Made by a program: the position numbers and the translations under genes. The notes under the pieces are model-generated. The model was not told the DNA's origin and did no database searches. It saw nothing but the letters and a program-made list of their open reading frames with translations. DNA of 64,000 nt. Origin: the human T2T-CHM13v2.0 reference genome, Homo sapiens. Positions 54,236 through 64,000 of the stretch are shown one piece after another (within the stretch, counting starts at the first letter, position 1; each line of letters starts with the position of its first letter). The stretch lies in NCBI RefSeq assembly GCF_009914755.1, contig NC_060947.1. One strand, 5' to 3'.

Positions 54236-55395
54236 AAAATAGATCAAGCATATTTTCACTATCACTTTTGAGTAGGGGTATAGGGCTGGCTTCCAATAGG
54301 TAGTGCCATATATCAATGATGTCACCCTGACTTAGAAGTGACCAAAAACTTCTTTCTCTTCTCAGGTTTTTCATATTTGTTGAGGGCCATGAAGGGCAGC
54401 AGTGTTTGCCTCCCGTTCTTTGGTTTGCACGAGAAGTTCAGAGCTAAGAAAGCAAATGTTTACATAGTCTTTAGGCAGAGTCTGGGAATAGAATGAGCGG
54501 CAATGAAAAGGAGTTGAAATGGAAGGAACTGTGCTATTTCAGGTGTCCAAGGAAAGAAGTGAGAAGGCTTTCTAGCAGGACCACTTTTGAACATGATCTG
54601 ATATTATGTAAGCTGTATTTTGATAAATTTTAAATTTCATGTGTTTTTTTCCTTTTCCTCCCTCCTTGAACACCCCAAACATCTACATATCAACTCCCCT
54701 TGTTTGACAAAGGCTGTGGTGGTCTCTAAGGTGTAATCCTGGTCCCAGACCCAAAGAAGACCTGTGTTCTAAGGCTGTTCTGCCCCTAATGTGTTTTGTG
54801 ACTTTGCACAATTCACTTACTCTGGGCCTCTCTCTTCAGCTATTGAATGGAAATACTATTTGTCCTATCTGGCCCACCAAGTGGTTGTGAGAATCAAATA
54901 AGGCAACAAACGAAAATATTTAAGTGCCACGTGCTACACAAATACAATGGTTATAGTTTTTGGCTTGATGATTGGTTTCCTCCCTTCCAAAAATTCTGGT
55001 TTTCTTTAAGGGTAAAATCAATTGAGAGTGACTGTTTCCCGCAGCCAGACACTCATTCTAAACCTTGCCCCTGACTTTACCAGGTAGTTGTTAAACCAGC
55101 TCCGCAAAAAAAGTCTAAGATTAGATTTATAGAGATGGTTATTTTACTGTTAAAAAAAAAAAAAAGGATTCAGGGCCCTAAAGGAAACGATAGTAATTTT
55201 GCAAATGTATTTTCAAGTAGTCTTTCTGTAACTAGAAAAACAAAATTGACTGTAACATTATTCATTCCAATTCTCTTGCTCAACGGCAAGAAATTGGCAG
55301 TAGATGCCTGCAACACTTAACCAAGCCCAGGTACCACGGTCTGACTTGGAAACCTGAGCTGCCTGAGGTAGCCAATAAGCACTTTGTTTTCCTGA

Positions 55396-55690
<295 letters not shown>

Positions 55691-56365
55691 GTTTTCCTGA
55701 CTCTTTTTTGTTGTTTCTGAAAGAGCCTCTGGAAATGATTTTTCTAAGGTACTAATCCGTCCATCTGTGGCATCCAGGATTCCCAATGGTCTGGGCTCAA
55801 TCTCAGACCTAATAATTCACTGGCTTTGGATGTTGCTGAGGAGAAAAGACAAGCCTGGGAGAAGGGATGGAAGGAGTAATTAGCTGGGGGAAGGTGAGGG
55901 AGAATGGTAGGTAGGGACAGTTGGGAAGATACTGCTTTCCAAACAACTGAAAATAAAAGGAGAGGAAGACGGGAGAGAGAAACTAGGAAAAACAGCCTCC
56001 CCAGACAGGTAATTTATAATAACTGGGAGGAAAATGAGAACTGCAGCTAAAAATATGTATACACTCACAAATCCCTGGAAGGCCAGTGGCAAAACTAGGA
56101 ACTAGGAGACTTCCTACCTCCATGCCCCTTTCTCCCATCCTTCTCAGGCCCTATATTGCTATGCTTCCTAAGGCCCACACTGTGGTAGACTCTAGACCTA
56201 GCCTGCCCTCTTTTCAAATCCCTCAGGCCTCACCCTCTCCTTTCGAGCTAAATCTGTTAACTCATTACTTTGGAGGCAATAGGCTTTTATCTTGGGGTTG
56301 TTGCATTTTGGCTGGCAGTATCTGGAACAATACCATAACTGAAAGGAATATTTCATTAGTCTTGG

Positions 56366-59300
56366 TGTCAGAAGCGTTTGAACCATAGCAACTCCATCTT
56401 GAGCAGTGGCTGGGTAAAATGAGGCTGAAACCTGCTGGGCTGCATTCCCAGGAGATTAAAGCATTCTAAGTCACAGGATGAAATAGGATGTCAGCACAAG
56501 ATGTAGGTCATAAAGACCTTGCTGATAAAACAGGTAGCACTAACAAAGGCGGCCAAAACCCACCAAAACCAATATGGTGACAAGAGGAGTAACCTCTGGT
56601 CATCCTCATTGCTACACTCCCACTAGCACCATGACAGTTTGCAAATGCCATGGCAACGTCAGGAAGTTACCCTATATAGTCTAAAAAGGGAAAGCATGAA
56701 TAATCCACTCCTTGTTTAGCATATAATTTTTTTAAACATAAAAATAGGCAACCAGCAGCCCTTGGGGCTGCTCTGCCTATGCAGTAGCCATTCTTTTTAT
56801 TTCTTTACTTTCTTAATAAACATGCTTTCACTTTACTCTGTGGACTCCCCTCAAAATCTTTCTTGCTCAAGATGCAAGAACCCTCTCTTGGGGTCTGGAT
56901 CGGGAGCCCTTTCTGGTAACATTTTTCTGGTGAACCCCAAGGGATGATACTGAAGAAACTCGTGACCAAAAGGAAAATCATCTGTGCACACCAATTGGCC
57001 GACTTTGGGTAAGTGAGGTGCATATACCTGGGTAAAGGATGGGATTGGGTTAGAGGCCCAACTTAGGGGAGTTAGAGTCTCTCCTAAGACAGAGAGGGTT
57101 AAAGGGCCCTCTCAATAAAAGGCAACGACGCTTGACCAAACTTGGGTTGGAGGCCCAATTGAGGAAGGTTAGAGTCCTTCCTAAGATTTAGGAGGTTAGA
57201 GGACCCTCTCAGTAAAGGTACTCTCAGCTACGAACAGGTTTGGCACTATGGGATGTTAACGGCTATTCTCTTTGAATTAATCTACCTTGCAGTCTGCTGA
57301 TGGCTGTGGGTGACAGGATGAGGCATGTATGGGACCATGGGACATGGGGAGCTTTTTTCTCCCTAAAAGGGGAAACTTGAGAGCTAATGGGACTGCTGGA
57401 AAAGATCCCTTTGCAACCGACAAGCAGCTGCCTGAACTTTTCAATCACGCTGGGATGGGTGGATCTTTCTTGGGCCTCTGTGAGATGCTCGCCTTCCCCA
57501 CCCTGCCGCAAGCAATGCTTCTCTCTCTCTCTTTCTCTTTCCTGTCTTTTCTATTACTCAGGGCGACCATCTTGCCCAGAGACCACATGTTGAAAAATGT
57601 CCTTGGCAGATTAACCTTGTAACCACATGGCAGTACTTTCTCTTGGTCTCTGCCATCACAATAGCAGCCTGGGTTCAATTCCCAGCTTAGGGAATGAGTA
57701 CTTTCTGGTTTAATATCTGTGTGACCTTTGCCATTTGTTGGTTCTCTTTCCCTCCACTAACTGTCTTGAGTTTTACTTTCTCAGTGCAACTATTAGGTTA
57801 CTTTTGGTAAAGTTCAAAAGCCAAAAATATCGGCCGATTGGCTTGGCTAAAAGTTGGGTAATACATTTTAATTTTAAAATTTTAAATTTTAAAAGGACTC
57901 TTTTTTTTAGAGTGCTGTGGTTAAAAGTCAGCTTAATTAAAAGCAGATATTCTAGCTCTAATAGGTGGGGACTCAGGAAAAGCAGAGGAGGCACCACAGA
58001 CCCTGCTTGGGGAAAAACCTCTGTCTTCCTCATGAAACCCCAGGAATTAAAAGTGGATAGATCCCTCTCAAAATCTAAGGCTTTGTTCTGTTTTGCATTG
58101 CATTATCTGACATTTTTAACTTTTGGGGGTATCAGAAATTACTTTGCATTATGAGAGACTTTTAGTGTGTAATAACTAGGTAGGAAGTATAGTTTTGGGA
58201 GATGGGCTGATTCCCCCTTTTTGGGGATCCAGGATCTGGTATAAAAATGGGACCCTTAATTTGAGGGGATCTGTTTTGCCTTCCAGCTGTGCCTGCTTAT
58301 TATGCCCTAAAAACTGCATGCTTTCCTGTTTCCTGGCCCTGTTCCTCCAAGGGCTCCATCCTAAGCCAGTAATCCATTTAAGAAACTGGCAAAAGAAAAA
58401 TCTTACAAGTACTGGATCTTCTTCTGTCTGTGTATTTATATGTGTTATGTCTGTGATATTTATATATGAAAGAGCTTTAATTAATTGGCTTAAAAATAAT
58501 AAGTTCTTATTTTATCAGAAAAGTAAAAACTGTAATGCCTTTTAGTTCATGTGACCTAAGTAATCTTTGGGCAATAAAAACAGTTTTACATGCAAGGTGT
58601 GTAAGGAAAGTGAAATGTGTTTTTGGTAAAAGATTATAAGAAGTCATAGGAATGTGGATTTCTTGCCTAAGTTTAGAGGGCTAAAGGATTGTTTTAAGTT
58701 GGGATAAAACTGCAAGTTTGAGCAAGTTGTGGAAGATTTGCAAAAAATTAATTGTAAAAAAAATTCTGTGTGTGAACATATTTCCTAAAATTTAAAAAGG
58801 TATTCAATTTTTCCGTAAATTGAACATTGGAATAAGAGCACAACAGGTTTTTCTTAGAGCACTGAACTGCTCTTTCACAAAAATTGTAAAGGGTTATAAA
58901 AGGTTTATGATCCACTTTGCTGAGGAGGTGAGGAAAAAAAGTTTGTAGGAATCTTATGTTCAAACTGATTAAGATGGAATAAATTTGTCTACAAGGTTTT
59001 ATTAAGAATTGGGGTTGACATTAATAGTACACTAGTGCAACAGTGAAATTTGTCTTATTTGGTATAAAAATCCTGCAGGAAGCATTGTCAAATATAAAAT
59101 GATGTTTGGCTTTCTTTGGGCTGTATTTGTGTAAATATGTTATTGGTATGTGTTCCAAAATTATGAGAAACTCCTATAATTCTAATATGACTTAGTGTAT
59201 GTTATTAATAATCATCATTGTTATGTAAAATAGTTGTATGCCACAGAAATAACCAAAATTTCCTTGTCAATTGTGGTTTTAATCGTGGCTGTCCTAACTA

Positions 59301-61434
59301 ATAAGACTTTTTGTCATCTACAGACTACTGTCTTGTTTTGGTCCTCTGTAGAAGGTGGTTTTATAATCAACTATAGAACTCTAACAGGTGGTCTTAAATG
59401 AAGGTTTCTAATAACTTTGGAGATTGTGACATTAGAATAGCAGAAAAAACTTTCAGGACTCTTATGGAGAGCTGAAATGTTAATGGATATCAAGCAAAAC
59501 AGGACTTAACTGCATGGACTGAACTAATAGAAGACTGAAGTAATCTTTTTAACTTTTTGCTTAAAACGTTGCTGATCCTTTGTTTTGTTTTTCACAGTCA
59601 AGGAAATTTTTCTTTTGAGCTATTAACAGCTTTCAACAATTGAGTAAAATATACTCCTGTGAACAAAATTTGGAGGATATTTGTTTTGCTCTATCTAATT
59701 TCTCCAGAATTTGGAAACTAAGTTGTGGGTATTCTTAACTTATGGCAATATACTTATTTGCATAAGTGCAATAAGCATCTGTTTTCATTTACAACAAGAC
59801 ACAATTGGAGATACTGGTTATTTTAGGAAGGCTTTGACTTGAATGATGTGCTTTCCATTAAGGAATCACACTTGACTTATAGAGCCAATCAGGGCCCCTT
59901 GGGAAAACTGGCCTCATACCTTGTCTACACAGTCCCTGTGCAGGGTTCCTGACCTGTGGTAAGTTCCTAACCTGTGGTAAGAATGTCACTTTCTGACAGG
60001 CCCAGGAGCCCCAAGTTATCTTGGGACCTCAAGAGGAGAGAAATTTACCCAAGTCACAGGTATTTGACAGTACAACCCCATGGCTGGGCTCAGCTTAAAA
60101 AAAAAGTCTGATTTGAGATTCCTTCTATGGAACAGAGTTCCATCAAAGCCAATTTTAAAAGCCTATGTGAAAAATAATTATTCTTGCTGCACTTTATACA
60201 AATAATCAGGCCAAGTATAATAAAGCAAATCAGTCATACCATGATTTGTCTTTAGTAAAAAATGAGAAACTGGAGAGAGAAAAATTATGTTTCAACAACT
60301 GTGGTACACCTGTTTTTAGATTCTAGTCTCATCAGTTGTTTTTAAGGTTTTTTTTCCTGCAATTTAGACTAACCTGCTTATTCCTGTGAACCAACCAGTG
60401 ATCTCTGGCTGCTGCTCAGAAGAAACAAGAGGGATGGGTAATGTAAAAATCTAGATCAATATTCTAATTCTGGGCACACTGGAATAAGCTAGTGATCCCA
60501 TATCAGCTTGGTTCCAACAGTTGCTCCGCTCATGGAAAGCCTTCTAATTTAGTTTACTTGGATAATTTTATTTATTTTGCTTTACTGTTGTGCAATACAA
60601 TGCTGTTATACTCTTTGTGTAGGAATGCAGGATAAGCTTACTCAATATTTTCTTAAGCACTTATTAATCTTCCAGATATCACTTTTGTTGGAACTCAAGA
60701 ATTATGAATGACCCTCACCATACCAAGGCTTTCTGACTGAGCTCCTTTCTACCCTGAATACAAGAGACCCAGTAGTTAGGTAGGAATAACATTGCCTCTG
60801 TTCAGCATGAAGAAGTTACAGAAGATGGATCTTTGTCCCTCTACAACCCTTAGGATTAAGGGTTCGCTTGTAAAAGGGAGGGGGGAAATATGTCAGAGGC
60901 ATTTGAATCAGAGCAACTCCATCATGAGTAGGGGCTGGGTAAAATGAGGCTGAAACCTTCTGGGCTGCATTCCCAGGAGGTTAAGGCATTCTAAGTCACA
61001 GGATGAGATAGGAGGTCAGCACAAGATACAGGTCATAAAGACCTTACTGATAAAACAGTTTGCAGTAAAGAAGCCAGCCAAAACCCACCAAAATCAAGAT
61101 GGCAACAAGAATGAACTCTGGTCCTCCTCACTGCTACACTCGCGCCATGATAGTTTACAAATTCCATGGCAATGTCAGGAAGTTACCTTATATGGTCGAA
61201 AAAGGGGAGGCATGAATAATCTACCCCTTGTTTAGCATATAATTTAAAAATAACCATAAAAATCGGCAATCAGCAGCCCTCAGGGCTGCTCTGCCTATGG
61301 AATAGCCATACTTCTATTCCTTTACTTTCCTAATAAACTTGCTTTCACTCTATGGGCTCTTCTTGAATTCTTTATTGCGTGAGATCCAAGAACCCTCTTT
61401 TGGGGTCTGGATCTGGACCCCCTGTCTGGTAACA
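56366..61434 (+). mobile_element. Complete MER41A-type ERV1 provirus (LTR 56366-56921, non-coding internal region, LTR 60891-61434)
   Basis: Both LTRs TGTCAGA...GGTAACA; exact 4-bp TSD TTGG (56362-56365 / 61435-61438); PBS-like TGGTGAACC at 56928; polypurine tract AAAAGGGAGGGGGGA at 60872. Confidence 0.93.
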
Positions 61435-61774
61435 TTGGCACTTCAGGCATATACTTTGTGTTTTAGGAGCAGAAGGAGTTTGATTTGAGGATCAGAGGGA
61501 CCTTTGGTGCCTTTCAAACTATACCTTGCAGAAAGCAAACTTCTATATAACATTTGTCATGAAAATATACATTAGCCCAACATGTAGCCACCCAAATATC
61601 TCACCAGTTATGCATTATTTTGACTTTTGTTCGCTGGAATAAATGGCTTGCATCCCACTGCTGCTCTCTCACCTAGTCGCTAGTGATCTGAGAACACCTC
61701 TAAACCCTGTTTCTGCCTCTTGCTTCCTGTTAGCCTGCAGAGCCCCTTCAGCAGCAGCCTAGGAAAACTAGGAA

Positions 61775-62065
61775 GTATTGTGGTGTGGGATAATGGGTCT
61801 GTGCTCTGGAGTCAGACCTGGAGGTGAAATTCAGACCTGCCAGTTGCAGGCTGTGTGATCCTTTAACAAGTTGTTAATCTACCAGGGCCTCTGTTTCCTC
61901 ATCTATAAAAGGGAGATGACCTCACAATAACCTTAGGAAATAGGTACTCTTATGATTACCATTTTTCAAACGAGGAAATCGAGACTCAGAGAAATAGTCA
62001 TTTGTCCAAGGTCACTAACTGGCAAAATCAGGATTCAAAACTAGACCTTTTTGATTCTTAACCAC
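61775..62065. mobile_element. Two adjacent MIRs in opposite orientation
   Basis: CTCTGTTTCCTCATCTATAAAAGGG (plus) followed by CCATTTTTCAAACGAGGAAATCGAGACTCAGAGA (minus). Confidence 0.7.
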
Positions 62066-62173
62066 TTGATATTAGAAGTACAGGCAGTTCAGAAATGGTA
62101 GTGATTATTAAAATTGTTGTGTTGTACATGCTTAGTGCCAAAATCGAAGGAGACTTAGTTGCCCATACACCCA

Positions 62174-62703
62174 GTGTGTATATATATATATATGTATATA
62201 TACACGTATATATACGTGTATATATATATATATGTATATATACACGTATATATACGTATATATACACGTATATATACGTATATATACACGTATATATACG
62301 TATATATACACGTATATATACGTATATATACACGTATATATACGTATATATACACGTATATATACGTATATATACGTATATATACACGTATATATACGTA
62401 TATATACGTATATATACACGTATATATACGTATATATACACGTATATATACGTATATATACACGTATATATACGTATATATACACGTATATACGTATATA
62501 TACGTATATATACGTATATATACACGTATATATATGTATATATACACGTATATATGTATATATACACGTATATATATGTATATATACGTATATATGTATA
62601 TATACGTATATATGTATATATACACGTATATATATATACACGTATATATATGTATATATACGTATATATATATATACACACACACACATATATATATATA
62701 TGT
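62174..62703. repeat. TA-rich tandem repeat of TATATATACG / TATATATACACG units
   Basis: 530 bp of strictly alternating purine/pyrimidine; 10+12-nt units often forming a 22-nt period. Confidence 0.97.
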
Positions 62704-63027
62704 TTACTCATCATATGTCTTGACAGCATCTTATTTCCTTATCCCCCTGACTGGGTAAACATGGAGTAGAAGCATATTCAAATATATGTGCGTGTATGCA
62801 TCTATATATAGTAACTGAAGGTGAAGCTTGGGCTAATATCTGGAGGAAAAAATACAACAGCACAGGTGAGAGCTTCTCTCACCCCTACTCCTTGTGGGGC
62901 AGAATGAACTAGCCCAAGTTGCACTCCCTGTCGTAGAGGTGTCACAAGGTGACACCTTGCATTCATGCTGATCTGCTTATATACACCCATGCTGGCCTTT
63001 TGCTGGTGGTTAGAAAGAGTTAGACGT

Positions 63028-63500
63028 TGTGGCAGCTATGGACACTGCTCAATTCTCCCTTCAAGCAGGAACATACCTTTCATCTGTGAGCAGGGAAGTT
63101 AACTGAGAACTTCTAGCTGTAGCACCTGCAAGATTTGCACTATATTTGAACCAATGCCATGGTCTTCCAGGGCAGCCTGTAGTCAATGACTGAGCACACT
63201 AAATGTACTCAAGTCTGGCCATTTCAGTCCAGTGTGGGGCTTTTCTCATGGGACATCTTTGTTGCACAGCTCTCTCTTGGATATGGTGAGACTTTGTCAG
63301 AGCCACATCACAGCCTGCCTAATTCTGCTTTTGTCCTTCTTTCCTTTCACAAGTGTCAGATGTACATCAAGGTCTGAATGCTTTCCTGCCCAACAGTGCC
63401 TCCTTTTCGATCTTTCACAGATATTAACTATCCCCCAATAAAGCTCTTTGACTCCTAACTCTATCACAATATATGCTTACTACTAGAGAACAAGAACTGA
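63028..63500 (+). mobile_element. LTR33-like (ERVL) solo LTR
   Basis: TCCCTTCAAG...GGGCAGCCTGTAGTCAATGACTGA...CCCCCAATAAA. Confidence 0.65.
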
Positions 63501-64000
63501 CCCGTGGGTTTCTGTTGCCTGTCCTTTGCTGAATTGAAGCACTGATCAATATTGAGAGTGAGCGGAGAGTGAGAGCCTGGTGGCTTCTCAGGCAGCTATC
63601 CTACTAGCCTGCTTGACTGTTACCACGGAAACATACACAGGGAAGGAAAACAAAAAAACAAAAAACAGGAGACAGGGACTCATGGCAAAACACCACTGCC
63701 AGGCTGTGGGAGAGGCTTCCCAGCCACTTGGGCAGAAGGCTTGGTTTCACAGCCAATTGCATTTGGCCTTGTAAGGGCTGGAGTTGAAGAGGGAATGGAG
63801 AGATACTTAAGCTGCCCAGGCCTGAGATACGGCGGCAGGGAATAGAGGATAGAGGGGAATGCTGGGTAATAGGAGTGTATGGCCCACATTGCACTATTAG
63901 TATTCACTAAGGGACCCCAGCTTCCTAGAGTCTTCACATCCTGGCAGCAAAATCCGCACTTAACCAATACTTTCCAAACAGAAGCTGACCTGCTAAAGAT

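Noticed and set aside
56366-56921. MER41 interferon-gamma/STAT1 enhancer
   Set aside because: Both LTRs are MER41A-like and lack the tandem TTCNNNGAA block I recall from MER41B; only the imperfect TTCCCAGGA is present.
62174-62703. CRISPR-like array
   Set aside because: No unique spacers, no cas genes, mammalian DNA; it is a simple tandem repeat.
62058-62769. Six long YI/VY-rich ORFs (163-224 aa)
   Set aside because: Stop codons need two adjacent purines, which a strictly alternating repeat cannot contain; these are artefacts.

Overview
Primate, almost certainly human, genomic DNA. The only host protein-coding gene is NXT2 (NTF2-like export factor 2, X-linked, + strand). Its five coding exons (41345-41439, 42399-42483, 43507-43593, 46937-47081, 47969-48150) have GT-AG introns and splice to a 197-aa long isoform. 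An internal ATG at 42469 gives the 142-aa short isoform from a CpG-island promoter. The ~2-kb 3'UTR ends near 50150. The rest is almost all transposable elements: a fragmented ERVL-type pol with nested MLT2, L1 and MST insertions (1-10.8 kb), a ~27-kb nest of mostly + strand L1s including an L1PA3-like copy with a 1017-codon ORF2 stretch, many Alus, Tigger/MER DNA transposons, a complete MER41A provirus (56366-61434) and a 530-bp alternating purine/pyrimidine tandem repeat. I see no novel multi-gene system. The best lead is that the distal NXT2 promoter and first coding exon appear to be built from an antisense L2 relic carrying ETS/CRE/MYB motifs. Repeat subfamily names come from my recall of consensus sequences, not a RepeatMasker run, and repeat boundaries without a stated TSD are approximate.
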